DNA of 64,000 bases from Meyerozyma guilliermondii (Eukaryota), in contig CP128815.1 of NCBI GenBank assembly GCA_051546255.1, positions 1,612,001 to 1,676,000 on the forward strand. Direction: 5' to 3'. Under the pieces are notes generated by a model that saw nothing but the letters and a program-made list of their open reading frames with translations, searched no databases and was not told where the DNA came from. Shown piece by piece: positions 1 through 10,806 of this stretch. The first letter of the stretch is position 1; each line of letters starts with the position of its first letter. The translations under genes were made by a program, and so were the position numbers.

Positions 1-18
1 CCTTTATAACTCTTTACC

Positions 19-705
19 ATGCAATTCTCCAAGATTATCGGTTCCTTAGTGTCGGCTTCGTTGATAACAAATGTGATGGGTGCTCCACATGAAGCTAAAA
101 AACGTGATGATGATGACGATCCTGTGGTGGTTCACATTAAGACTACGGTGCAAAACACACAAACAAATGTCCATACCGTGGAAGGAAAGGTGCAAACTAA
201 AACAAATTGGATTGTTGATACTTCAACTGCCACTGTTACCAGTTATACAGCCACCGTCACTTCCACAGTTTTTGGAACTCCTTATACGTTTGTTACGGTT
301 GCTACTACTCCGATTGATGTGTCCAGTTTGTCTTTGCCAACTGAAATTGCTGCGCAAACCGAAATTGAAACTACTCAAGCAAAGGCTGCAACCACACCCA
401 CAACGGTCCCAACTACAACGGCTCCAACCACAACCACTTCCACTTCCGTGACTCCAAAAGCTTCCGCTGCCGTCACCCAGACAACCTCTACCGAAGTGGC
501 CGAAGTTACCGACTCCAATGACGGACCAACCATCACCGATAGCAACAATATTCCAACGTCAACCGACTCATGGATTATTGAAAATGTCACCACCATGACT
601 TCCGACAGCGTCTGTTACGTCAATTACGATTACTACTACGCATCCGAAGCCGACGAAACCATAACATCCACATCCACCATCTATACCACCGTTACTCGTT
701 CTTGA
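19..705 (+). CDS. Secreted Thr/Ser-rich cell-wall or extracellular glycoprotein, family unknown
   Basis: Signal peptide (MQFSKIIGSLVSASLITNVMG), KKR dibasic site followed by an Asp run, long Thr-rich O-mannosylation-type region, no obvious C-terminal GPI signal. Confidence 0.7.
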   Translation: MQFSKIIGSLVSASLITNVMGAPHEAKKRDDDDDPVVVHIKTTVQNTQTNVHTVEGKVQTKTNWIVDTSTATVTSYTATVTSTVFGTPYTFVTVATTPIDVSSLSLPTEIAAQTEIETTQAKAATTPTTVPTTTAPTTTTSTSVTPKASAAVTQTTSTEVAEVTDSNDGPTITDSNNIPTSTDSWIIENVTTMTSDSVCYVNYDYYYASEADETITSTSTIYTTVTRS

Positions 706-946
706 TCGTTACCGTTCTTGACGAATCGGGCATGTATATTAGATGGCGTTTGGGACTTGTTGAATTGTATGCTCTCTCTCACTAGGGCCCTGTTCTTCTC
801 TTCTAACGCTATGATTTGATTCTTGTCCTCGGGACTTTTTTAATAAATGTGATAAGATACAAGATGTAGTTACTATTTGCAGCCAAATGATTGTGTTATA
901 TACTGCACACAGAATATGCTCGCTCGCGCTCTCTCGCTCAGACTTG

Positions 947-1017
947 TTAGGGCCGCGCCCTTGCCCCATTCACGTGCGCGCACATTTGTGTCACTGGCCC
1001 AATCTCAAAATTTTCAC
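947..1017 (+). promoter_or_regulatory. Ribosomal-protein promoter with Tbf1-type, Cbf1-type and RRPE-like sites
   Basis: TTAGGG at 947-952, TCACGTG at 970-976 and AAAATTTTCA at about 1007-1016, just upstream of RPL42. Tbf1 plus Cbf1 is the known ribosomal-protein promoter logic in CTG-clade yeasts. Confidence 0.65.
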
Positions 1018-1059
1018 TGCGAATAACTCAAGGACTCACTTCGGTAACTTAATAATACA

Positions 1060-1517
1060 ATGGGTAAGTAAATTCTGAGGATTGGAGACGAGGTTTCGTC
1101 GGTGACACTACATATATACATAGTCTCCATCAGACAGATTCCTTCATCATCCAATAGTGGTCATAGATCCATCTTCCACACGTTACCCATACTAACTCAG
1201 TGAACGTTCCAAAGACCAGAAGAACCTACTGCAAGGGTAAAGACTGCCGTAAGCACACCCAACACAAGGTGACCCAATACAAGGCAGGTAAGGCCTCTTT
1301 GTTCGCCCAGGGTAAGAGAAGATATGACCGTAAGCAATCCGGTTTCGGTGGTCAAACCAAGCCCGTTTTCCACAAGAAAGCCAAGACTACCAAGAAGGTT
1401 GTGTTGAGATTGGAATGTGTTGTTTGCAAGACCAAGGCTCAACTCTCATTGAAGAGATGTAAGCACTTTGAATTGGGAGGTGACAAGAAGCAAAAGGGTC
1501 AAGCTTTACAATTTTAA
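1060..1517 (+). CDS. RPL42: 60S ribosomal protein eL42 (L41/L44), two exons: 1060-1063 and 1201-1517
   Basis: ATGG joined to TGAACGTT gives [15 protein letters not shown]...[17 protein letters not shown]...ALQF, the canonical eL42 sequence. Confidence 0.97.
1064..1200 (+). other. Spliceosomal intron of RPL42 (137 nt)
   Basis: 5' splice site GTAAGT at 1064, branch point TACTAAC at 1190-1196, 3' CAG at 1198-1200. Splicing restores the reading frame. Confidence 0.95.
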
Positions 1518-2084
1518 GCTTATCATGTAGTAATATACACGAGAAAGAGGAAATGTAGAAAACATACAGAGCACCAGAAGCAACAAATGGAGGAAATGAG
1601 AAAGGTTTAGAATAGAGACGGAAGAGTTAGATTGACCTACAAGGTGAGACATTATATGCAGTGCACCACAATGAAAAGAACTCGACTAATTTGGTCACCG
1701 TTCGGTCAAATCGTTCCTAAGCTCATGTATATTCAGTTTCGACCCCATTGTCTACTATACTCTCCCCCGCTTTCCCTTTTCATCATTTTTAAATTTAAGC
1801 CCTCGTCCTTCCCCTCCGCCTTTTCTTCCAATTTCGCACAACTCTCCTAATTCTCCACTGCACAAAATACACTCCTCGCGCTGTTATTGTTCGTGTCGGC
1901 ATCATTCGCGTTTCACCTGGCAACGTTTTTTATTCCTCTAACATCGTGTTTTACTTGAGTTAGGGGATCAACTCGGGTTATTTTTGCAAGTCACTCATTG
2001 CTAGAACCTTACTTTTGACTTTTTTGTAACTTATACTTTGCAGAAAGCCCTTATTATCATCTTTTCATCTCAGATCATCGAATC

Positions 2085-4307
2085 ATGGACTTTGATTTTT
2101 TGACCGACGAACAGAAGCAGTTCTACCGGAACCAATACCAGCAAAGCCAGAACCAACAATATCAAGAACACTCACTCCAACAAGACCAATTTATGCAAAA
2201 TCATCAAAATCACTCGAATCATCCGCATGCTACTGGTCCCTATGGCTTACAACTGATCCCCAATCTTCAACCAAATCCAGATGTTAGTCTTATGGACGAG
2301 GATTCCGACGATAATAACCACGCAGCGGTGCCCTCGTCTCCTCTTCCACAGCCTTCGACTTTCCAGTCATCTCCCACTTTTTCAGCTTCCGACAATTTCG
2401 GTCATAATGCATTACAACTGGTTGATTCCCAGAGTTCAGTGAGCTTTAAGCCTCCAAACTTCTTCACCCAGCTCACCAATCAGCTGAGCACCAATGTGCT
2501 GGAAATCAGCAATGATAGCAACCACATGTTGCCTATTTCGCAGCAATTTCAAAACCAACAAAACTACCAATCCCAGGCTCAACAGCAAGCTCAACAGCAT
2601 ATTCAACATCAGCAGGCTCAGCAGCTAGCTCAGCAACAAGCACAGCAGCTTGCACAGCAACAGGCTCAAGCTCAAGCACAGCAACAAGCTCAACAACAAG
2701 CACACGCACAAGCTCGAGAGGCTCAACAATTCCAGCAACAAGTTCAGCAGCATCAAGCGCACCAAAATTCTCTGCCACAACGACAACAAGAATCTCACTC
2801 CCCTCAGCATACGACATCTCAGACCGCTCAAAACGGTTCACCCTACGTATACTTTAACAGACAGCCGAACCGGCTTTCGAAACCAGCTCAAGACCGTGCA
2901 TCTGCTCTTAAGTTGAAGCTTGAAAATTACTACCAGATGTCAGTCACCCATGCAATTGAGCGCAATCAGAGAAGATTGGATCTCGAGCACAAATTGGCTA
3001 CAGAAGAGGCCGCATCGTCTCAAGAACGTAAAAACCGACAGCTTCAGAACCTTGGTAAGAAGGAGCTGCAGTTCTTACGTCTTCGAAGAACCAAGTTGTC
3101 TCTCGAAGATTTTGCTACTGTCAAAGTTATCGGAAAAGGTGCTTTTGGTGAAGTTCGTTTGGTTCAAAAGAAAGATACCGGTAAGATTTACGCCATGAAA
3201 ACATTGCTCAAGACGGAAATGTACAAGAAAGATCAATTGGCGCACGTGAAGGCGGAAAGAGACGTTTTAGCAGGAAGTGATTCTCCATGGGTAGTATCAT
3301 TATATTACTCGTTCCAAGACGCTCAATATCTTTATTTGATTATGGAGTTTCTTCCAGGAGGTGATCTTATGACCATGTTAATTCGTTGGCAAATATTCAC
3401 CGAAGACATCACCCGGTTCTACATGGCAGAGTGTGTGTTGGCTATCGAGGCTATTCATAAACTTGGCTTCATCCATAGAGATATCAAGCCGGATAATATC
3501 TTGATAGATATTCGGGGACATATCAAGTTGTCGGATTTTGGGTTATCCACGGGATTCCACAAGACTCATGATTCCAACTACTACAAGAAGCTTTTAGAGA
3601 AGGAACCACCTTCGCAGCTGCAGCAATTTTTGCAGCCAAATGGCGGACAACAGAGCAGGAACTCCATGATGGTGGATGCCATTCACTTGACGATGTCAAA
3701 CAGGCAGCAAATGCAAACGTGGAGAAAATCTCGGCGATTAATGGCATATTCTACGGTTGGAACCCCGGACTATATTGCACCGGAAATCTTTATACACAAA
3801 GGTTATGGTCAAGAGTGTGATTGGTGGTCACTAGGTGCCATTATGTTTGAGTGTTTAATCGGGTGGCCACCATTCTGTTCGGAAACTCCACATGAAACTT
3901 ACCGTAAGATCATGAGCTGGCAAGAAACCCTTCAAATTCCGGACGATATTCATCTTTCGCCAGAAGCCGAAGACTTGATTCGCAGACTTTTGACCAAGGC
4001 AGAGAACAGGCTTGGGAGATATGGGGGTGCCGATGAATTGAAGCAGCACCCATTTTTCAGAGGAGTCGACTGGGATACGATTCGTAAAGTGGATGCACCA
4101 TTCATTCCAAAATTGCGTTCGATTACAGATACCCGGTTTTTCCCTACAGACGAATTAGAGAACGTTCCCGACTCGCCGGCGCTACTGAAGGCAGTCGAGC
4201 AAAGAGAACAGATGATGAAGAGCGGAGCAGGCGTCAAAGAAGACATGCCATTCATAGGCTATACCTATTCACGGTTCGACTATTTGACGAGAAAAAATGC
4301 ATTGTGA
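2085..4307 (+). CDS. CBK1: NDR/LATS-family Ser/Thr kinase of the RAM network
   Basis: Gln-rich N-terminus, [31 protein letters not shown], and hydrophobic motif FIGYTY. Confidence 0.96.
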   Translation: MDFDFLTDEQKQFYRNQYQQSQNQQYQEHSLQQDQFMQNHQNHSNHPHATGPYGLQLIPNLQPNPDVSLMDEDSDDNNHAAVPSSPLPQPSTFQSSPTFSASDNFGHNALQLVDSQSSVSFKPPNFFTQLTNQLSTNVLEISNDSNHMLPISQQFQNQQNYQSQAQQQAQQHIQHQQAQQLAQQQAQQLAQQQAQAQAQQQAQQQAHAQAREAQQFQQQVQQHQAHQNSLPQRQQESHSPQHTTSQTAQNGSPYVYFNRQPNRLSKPAQDRASALKLKLENYYQMSVTHAIERNQRRLDLEHKLATEEAASSQERKNRQLQNLGKKELQFLRLRRTKLSLEDFATVKVIGKGAFGEVRLVQKKDTGKIYAMKTLLKTEMYKKDQLAHVKAERDVLAGSDSPWVVSLYYSFQDAQYLYLIMEFLPGGDLMTMLIRWQIFTEDITRFYMAECVLAIEAIHKLGFIHRDIKPDNILIDIRGHIKLSDFGLSTGFHKTHDSNYYKKLLEKEPPSQLQQFLQPNGGQQSRNSMMVDAIHLTMSNRQQMQTWRKSRRLMAYSTVGTPDYIAPEIFIHKGYGQECDWWSLGAIMFECLIGWPPFCSETPHETYRKIMSWQETLQIPDDIHLSPEAEDLIRRLLTKAENRLGRYGGADELKQHPFFRGVDWDTIRKVDAPFIPKLRSITDTRFFPTDELENVPDSPALLKAVEQREQMMKSGAGVKEDMPFIGYTYSRFDYLTRKNAL
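2540..2790 (+). repeat. Gln/Ala-rich coding low-complexity repeat in CBK1
   Basis: Repeated CAA/CAG/GCT codons encoding [22 protein letters not shown]. Confidence 0.8.
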
Positions 4308-5041
4308 TAATATATTGTCAAAACGCATTGTGATAAGAAAGTCCCGCTTATTGTCTCATTTGAAACACATAGTAATCAAGTTTGCGGCTCGGCTGATGTC
4401 GGCATGTGGTGGACGCACAGAATCACCTGATAAAAATAGAGTGTTCTCGTTCGACTTTCCTATTGTGGCATGGGTCTCATTATGCATGCAATTTGTCTCA
4501 CTAATTCCGATTCCGTCCGTGGCTGAGACATTTTCCAAACCTTAATTCAACATTATTCTATATAACGTTTGGCCCGGAAAAACGCTTATAGAGTTTATAA
4601 AGGTCTAGCCTTCATCCTCTCGTTCTATTTGAACCTAGTAACCACGATATATAAAAACACATTTTTTTTCACTTGCAGTAGAATCTCACCAGCCACCACC
4701 CGGTTGAGCCGATGAGAAGATGCCGGTTGCACGGCTGACTAAGGTTTGGCGCCGGCTGTTTTAAAACTGGCCATTTTAAACCCCCCTTGATTCCGGTGGT
4801 CAAATAGCAACTTAACCACCGATACCAAGACCGGATTAGGTAGTAAACCGGTTTGTTCTTGGCTCGGAAGCTAGCTAGACCGTATTTCCGTCCGGTTCTG
4901 TCACACTATATGCACGCTATTATGCACGCAATACCGGCATTTCCGAGGCGCGTGATTCGGCCCTTCATATAAAGTGGCCTTGGCTGCCAATTTCTTGATT
5001 GCTGTCGGCGCAGCTTAATAGTGTGAATAAATTGATAAATT

Positions 5042-6757
5042 ATGAGATTACGATTATGTCTCTTGTTGGCAGCCTCGGCGGTTTGTGCTGCCGAGCAAAT
5101 GGCACATATGCATCAACAAGAATTGCAATCGGAACAAAGTTTTGAAACTCCGGTACCTCATGTAATGACCCATCATCACGGAGTTCCTATACTAGAAACC
5201 GACCTTAAACCGGCCGAACTTGCCTATTGGGAGGCATATAACACCACCACATTTTTCACGGTTGACGCCCCTCATAAAGCGGCGTTGTATCTGCATGTAA
5301 TCCTTACTGCGATAGTAACAGTTGTATTATATCCGGTATGTTTGGTGTTAAATAATGTAAAATCCTCGTGGTATTTGGCTGGATTGACTGTCAACTCGGT
5401 GGTGATGGTGATTGGTCTCATGAACTATTTCATGTTTATGCAATCGGCTCCAGATTTGTACCCAGGAAACGCATACACAAAGATGTCATGGATCCTCTTG
5501 TTCTCGACTTGCATCCATTGGTTTTTTGCGTTATTAAGAGCGGGTTTCAACTATATCCGCACAGAAAACAAGTACTCGCATCTCTCTGGTGATGATATGT
5601 ACGATCTGGATCTCTCGGTGAACAGATGCACCTCGCCTTCATCAACATTGTATGAGCTGCCCGATTCCTTTGAGATTCCAGACGAGGAAAACGAGTTCAA
5701 AAAGGCTACCATGGTGCAAAATCTGCCTACTTCTCCTTACCTTGCAAAGGTATTGAGTACCCCATGGCTTAGAAAATTTGTCGATTTCTTTGGCGCCTGG
5801 ACCATTGTCATCTTCAACTTTATGAACTGGGCTCAATTCTTTTACCATCTTATTTATATTCCCACCGGAGTCGCAGTGCTCTCGTGCTTTGGACAAGGAA
5901 AAACTGTGTTTAACTTGTTGGCACATTTCATCAAGGGTGGAGTGTTCTTCTCATTGGGATTACTTTATTTATCTCGCTACTGTGGATCTTTTGCTGGAAA
6001 GGGCTGGGCATGGAACCACAAGTTTGTGACTGAAGCTGAAACAAGAACCAGCAGATGGGCCAGATGGCAATCATCAGGTTTGTGTACGATGGAGATGGTG
6101 GAGTCGTCTCTTATCTTGTTCTATGGATGTACCAACATTTTCTTGGAACATTTGGCAAGCCCAGGAGGTGAATGGACGGCTAAGGATTTACAGCACGCTT
6201 CCATTGCCTTCATTTATATTGGCTGTGGTCTTTGTGGGGTGATTACCGAGTCAAAGTTGGCATCGTGGAGATATGAAAGAGCCATGGTGAAAGCTACGGA
6301 TTCGGGTACATCTAGAATAGTCAAGGCTAGTCCTGGCTTTTCTCCTAACCCATTCCCTATTCTCACCATCTTCTGGACTGGTATCCTCATGTCTAAGCAT
6401 CAGCAAGCCTCACACTTGTCTACAGAAATTCACACCCAATGGGGCAACATGTTTATTCTTGGCTGTGCTTTCAGATTCTTCAGTTATATCCTTTTACTCC
6501 TCATTCCTGGTGACAAGAATCCAACCAAGCCACTTCGTTTGATTACCGAGTTGATTGTCAGCTTTTCTTTGCTTTGTGGAGGACTAATCTTCATGGAATC
6601 GTGTGATCCGATAATCTTGGCATTCGAATACAGAGGATTCACATCGATGTTCACTCTCAACATCTCTTTGGGTGTAATTACGCTTCTCATGGCATGGGAA
6701 ATGGCACTTTTCGCATTCAAAGACTGGTTGTTGCAGCGTGGAACCAAAAAGTTATAA
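5042..6757 (+). CDS. Ytp1/YCR061W-like multi-pass membrane protein
   Basis: Signal peptide, His-rich N-terminus, many TM helices, and motifs NLLAHFIKGGVFF, NIFLEHL, DLQH, MSKHQQ, IHTQWG. Confidence 0.75.
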   Translation: MRLRLCLLLAASAVCAAEQMAHMHQQELQSEQSFETPVPHVMTHHHGVPILETDLKPAELAYWEAYNTTTFFTVDAPHKAALYLHVILTAIVTVVLYPVCLVLNNVKSSWYLAGLTVNSVVMVIGLMNYFMFMQSAPDLYPGNAYTKMSWILLFSTCIHWFFALLRAGFNYIRTENKYSHLSGDDMYDLDLSVNRCTSPSSTLYELPDSFEIPDEENEFKKATMVQNLPTSPYLAKVLSTPWLRKFVDFFGAWTIVIFNFMNWAQFFYHLIYIPTGVAVLSCFGQGKTVFNLLAHFIKGGVFFSLGLLYLSRYCGSFAGKGWAWNHKFVTEAETRTSRWARWQSSGLCTMEMVESSLILFYGCTNIFLEHLASPGGEWTAKDLQHASIAFIYIGCGLCGVITESKLASWRYERAMVKATDSGTSRIVKASPGFSPNPFPILTIFWTGILMSKHQQASHLSTEIHTQWGNMFILGCAFRFFSYILLLLIPGDKNPTKPLRLITELIVSFSLLCGGLIFMESCDPIILAFEYRGFTSMFTLNISLGVITLLMAWEMALFAFKDWLLQRGTKKL

Positions 6758-6838
6758 TTACTTGCTTCAAATCTTAATTGTTTACTATGACCCTTCTAAT
6801 GACTAGTCAAGCTCATGACTCCTAATAGCTAGCCAAGC

Positions 6839-7780
6839 TCAATATATCATATGATCAACTTTAAATCTTATTTGGGCAATCTGTTTGGGACCTGTTCCAC
6901 AGCAGCCACCAATGATCGAGGCGCCAATTTTCAACCATTCATCTACCAGTTGCAGCCATTTTTGATCAATTTTCGTGTCATTATGGTCAGCGAAAACATT
7001 GGGGTAAACGATTGTTGGAATATTGTGATAATTGTAGGTTTCGATATTTTTCAATACATGTGTAGCATCTTTCAATTCCGTACAATTGCAACCAATTGCA
7101 ATCAAGCGTTTGCGTAAAGTCCTATTTTTGTTCAATTTACCGTTTAGATAACCCATAATCTTTTCAATGGGTGTTCCGTCAGACATTTGTGAAGAATTTC
7201 GAAAGTTCATGCTGAGGTAAAATGGCTTAAGAGGTCCTGTAGCTGACATTTTACAAACAAGATTCACAATGACCTTTAGTTCTTTGTAGTTGGGAATTGT
7301 TTCGAATGCTAGGATGTCGACTTTGGGGTTGTTATTCAAGAATGTAGCGAGAGGAAGATGATACTGTTCCAATTTGTGGTTTGTGATCAAACCATATTCA
7401 CCAGTATATTCGGCATAGTTGGCCAAAAAACCACCATATGGTCCAATAGCTCCACATACTCGAGCCTTGGACTCATGGAACTTACATGCCTGCCAGCAAA
7501 CATCGACAGATTTGGCCCATAACTCCTCTATTTGCGCATCAGTAAAATCGGTGTATTTTTTCAAACTCGCGCGAGAAATTTGGTATGTGCTCGTTGTTAC
7601 AATATCGCATCCTGCCTCCAAGAAGCTTTTGTGAACATCTTCAATAAGATCTGGTGCCTCTATAAGTGCTCTTCCAGACCACAAAGGATCATTTTTAACG
7701 GCAAAATTTCGTTTTTCCGCCAATGTTTCCAACTGGATACCAAGCCCGCCGTCTAGAACAAGCGGCTTTCCTCCATACAT
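6839..7780 (-). CDS. SAM4: Homocysteine S-methyltransferase (Sam4/Mht1 family)
   Basis: VLDGGLG, FLEAGCDIVTTSTYQ, GPYG, AFETIP, GCNC and IGGCCG zinc ligands. Start set at the ATG of MYGGKP. Confidence 0.85.
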   Translation of the reverse strand: MYGGKPLVLDGGLGIQLETLAEKRNFAVKNDPLWSGRALIEAPDLIEDVHKSFLEAGCDIVTTSTYQISRASLKKYTDFTDAQIEELWAKSVDVCWQACKFHESKARVCGAIGPYGGFLANYAEYTGEYGLITNHKLEQYHLPLATFLNNNPKVDILAFETIPNYKELKVIVNLVCKMSATGPLKPFYLSMNFRNSSQMSDGTPIEKIMGYLNGKLNKNRTLRKRLIAIGCNCTELKDATHVLKNIETYNYHNIPTIVYPNVFADHNDTKIDQKWLQLVDEWLKIGASIIGGCCGTGPKQIAQIRFKVDHMIY

Positions 7781-7886
7781 CTGTAAAGCGTCGCAATTTG
7801 CAAAATGTCCTGTTTCCACCAGTTTCGTGTCTTGGTGAGATCTCACAATTTTCTGAAAATCTCAACTCTCTTCTCACTATTTAGAA

Positions 7887-10676
7887 ATGTCGAAAAGAAC
7901 ACGCGATGACTTCGACGACCCGATACACGCGGAGGCAGACTCCAAGAAGCAGCACATTGACCCCGTTGACGAATTGATTTCCAATGTGTGTAAAGATATT
8001 CGTAGAATGGGAGAAAATGCCAACCTCGCTACCCAAGTGGAAGATATCAATTACATTTCCAACCCCATAGTAGCTGAATTCGAGAAAATAGATAAGCTCC
8101 GCACGGCGGTGTTGAGTACTATCTATGCCGTGGTGCTTGAACAGCCGCAAAAAATCCCTGCTTTGAGTCAATTGGTCCTCATTTGCAATGCCAAAAACTT
8201 TCTAGTTGCCAAATACGTGATTGAATTTTTTCATACTCGTACACAAGAGATGTTGGACAAGATGGTAGCTCCGGTAGATTTTGAGTCTGAAAGTGACACC
8301 AGTGAAGACACAGGCACGATAAATAAGCTCAAGACAACCTTGCGATTTCTCGCTTGTATTTCTCCCATAATCGAAAATAATGGGGTTGTTTCCATGTTCA
8401 AAACTTTGATGGAATTGGCAGTAAACTTGCAGACTTCGGAGGATACACGGAATGGAGCCGCTGAACAAATTTATTACTCGGTGCTCATCGCATTACCATA
8501 TTTGCTATGCAATGATACTTCTTCTGAGATGATGGAACAATGTAATGGGTTGGTTGAGCAAGCTTCGCTTTTCCCCATCAGAGAGTCCGATGCTTCAATT
8601 GATATTTTGTCACCTTTTGACCCAAAACTCTCAAATTTTAAAGAGAGTTTGCCTTATGTGCCCAAAAAAATCACCAACTTGATCTTGCCTGCTCTTTTAG
8701 ACTTGCAAGGCGAAGACAAAAAATGGTCAAAACTCATCGGGCATCTTTTCTTGAGCTTTAATCCTCTTGTGGACCCGATATTGAAGGATGCGTTGAGCGC
8801 CAATACCATTTCCAATGATTTGGTTAAGCATAACCTTCCTCAATTCTCCATTCCTTCAGTCGACGCTTTGCACGACCACAAACCTACTGGTCTAATTGAC
8901 GAGTTATGGTACCATCATCCAAGACTTTTGTTTCAGGTGTATAACAATACTCTGGGGCTCGAAACCGTACCTCCAATCGAATCTTTTTTTGGCTTATTCT
9001 TCAAGGATTTGGCGTTCGATATCTTGACCAACTTGTCATTTAATAAAGACGAAGCTTCGATCCAATTATCTATCTTGGATCTCTACTTTAGTAAGGATTT
9101 GTTTGCTCCTCCAGGTTCGTCCATTGACCAGTTGAAACTTATACAAAAAGACAACGAAGAGGGAGTGAACAACCCTCCTCTCTCTACCTGGAAAATTGAA
9201 GATATCGCGGTTGAAAGTATTTTGACCATGATATTCCAGCTTCCCCGGTCGTTACACCATGAAATATACTATTACACTGTGCTCATTGCCTGCTGCAGAG
9301 AGAGCCCCGAGTCAATTGCTCCGGTTTTCGGCAGGGCCATCAGATATTTCTACAACCATTTGGAGACTTTGGACTACGAGCTCAAGATACGGTTTTTGGA
9401 CTGGATGACGATACAAATTTCCAACTTTGATTATAGCTGGAAATGGGACGAATGGGTTGACGATTCAGTCAGACTCAGAAACTTGAAGCACCACCCCAAG
9501 AGAAACTTTATCAAAAACTTGATTGCAAAAGAAATCCGTCTTTCCAACAAAAACAGAATCAAAGAGAGTTTTGTCGCTGTGAATCCCGACCCGGATGCCA
9601 CTGACCGTTTTGTTCTTCTCGAAGAGTTCTACAAGTATTTGAACCTCTCGCTTGTCGACAACCCCAACGAGTACATTGCCAGTTACGACTCAAAGCTCTA
9701 TGGAAACGACGAGGAAATTAGCGGCATTTTAAAAGAACTTCAGGTAGAGGCATTGGACAAAATCAGTCAGAAGTCGTTGGTTTCAGCACAAGATGAGGTT
9801 CAATTCTATTTTGGAAACAACCGCTTACCGCTCCATGAGATCTCAAACAAGGTTTATGAGTTCCTTGTTGCACAATGGAAGCCCAATGAAGATCTTCTTG
9901 ACATTTACCAAGAATTGCAGGACAATTTGAGTAGCCACCCAGCGATTGACGCTGAGACTTTTACCGTCAATGTCTTTCTCCAGACTTACGCATACCTCGG
10001 TTCCAGGTCTATCTACTCGGTTGTAAGTCTCATTTCCAGAGACAAGCTCAAACTCAAGTACTTGTTGGGTGCCCCAATTGACGACAAAGATTACGTCCCT
10101 GGCTCCACCTTTCGTTTCGAGGAAAGAAACTTGACACAGGAGCAAATAGATAAGCGCCAGAATCTTGCAATTGACTCTATTTTCCGTTTATGGGTGAATC
10201 AATCGCAAATGGCATTTTTGCTTTTGGAGTACCTCATCGAGTACAAAATTTTGCAGCCAATTTATTTGGTGGGCAAGTGTCTCAGCTTGGAAACCAATCT
10301 TGTCATAGACAACGTCGCTTGTATGGAGAGTATCAATCGGATTCTTGAGTCTTCGTACACCACAGATCGTGACGAATTCAATGTTCTCTACCAGTACTTA
10401 CTCGAGCGAATCATACAGAATTTGAGTCTGTTGGCTGAAGGTAACAACGATGAGATCAAAATTACCACGGAGTTTAGCGACGAAGAAGCCGATGACTTGG
10501 AGAAAATGAATGTCATAGATAAGCAATGGCTCTTCTACGAGTATACTGGGTTGCTAAAATCGTACTTGAGAAAATACTACGAAGAGTCAACGGTTACTCA
10601 GCAGATCCAAGACTTGACTAATGAGCCTGCAAAGCAGCAGATTATGACCTGGATCGAGGAGTTGTCTAGAAAGTAA
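7887..10676 (+). CDS. STO1: Nuclear cap-binding complex large subunit (CBP80)
   Basis: N-terminal KRxR NLS, EQPQK, APVFGRAIR, SNFDYSWKWDEW, KEIRLS; 929 aa of MIF4G-type repeats. Confidence 0.92.
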   Translation: MSKRTRDDFDDPIHAEADSKKQHIDPVDELISNVCKDIRRMGENANLATQVEDINYISNPIVAEFEKIDKLRTAVLSTIYAVVLEQPQKIPALSQLVLICNAKNFLVAKYVIEFFHTRTQEMLDKMVAPVDFESESDTSEDTGTINKLKTTLRFLACISPIIENNGVVSMFKTLMELAVNLQTSEDTRNGAAEQIYYSVLIALPYLLCNDTSSEMMEQCNGLVEQASLFPIRESDASIDILSPFDPKLSNFKESLPYVPKKITNLILPALLDLQGEDKKWSKLIGHLFLSFNPLVDPILKDALSANTISNDLVKHNLPQFSIPSVDALHDHKPTGLIDELWYHHPRLLFQVYNNTLGLETVPPIESFFGLFFKDLAFDILTNLSFNKDEASIQLSILDLYFSKDLFAPPGSSIDQLKLIQKDNEEGVNNPPLSTWKIEDIAVESILTMIFQLPRSLHHEIYYYTVLIACCRESPESIAPVFGRAIRYFYNHLETLDYELKIRFLDWMTIQISNFDYSWKWDEWVDDSVRLRNLKHHPKRNFIKNLIAKEIRLSNKNRIKESFVAVNPDPDATDRFVLLEEFYKYLNLSLVDNPNEYIASYDSKLYGNDEEISGILKELQVEALDKISQKSLVSAQDEVQFYFGNNRLPLHEISNKVYEFLVAQWKPNEDLLDIYQELQDNLSSHPAIDAETFTVNVFLQTYAYLGSRSIYSVVSLISRDKLKLKYLLGAPIDDKDYVPGSTFRFEERNLTQEQIDKRQNLAIDSIFRLWVNQSQMAFLLLEYLIEYKILQPIYLVGKCLSLETNLVIDNVACMESINRILESSYTTDRDEFNVLYQYLLERIIQNLSLLAEGNNDEIKITTEFSDEEADDLEKMNVIDKQWLFYEYTGLLKSYLRKYYEESTVTQQIQDLTNEPAKQQIMTWIEELSRK

Positions 10677-10806
10677 AACCTGTAATATATAATACACACC
10701 AACCAGCGAGCCACACTGTAAACTCCGTACACACCAAATGCACCAGGAAGATTTAGTGCGACTCGCGTTTCTACTTCTGACTAATTCTTGATTGCAAAAT
10801 CACACC

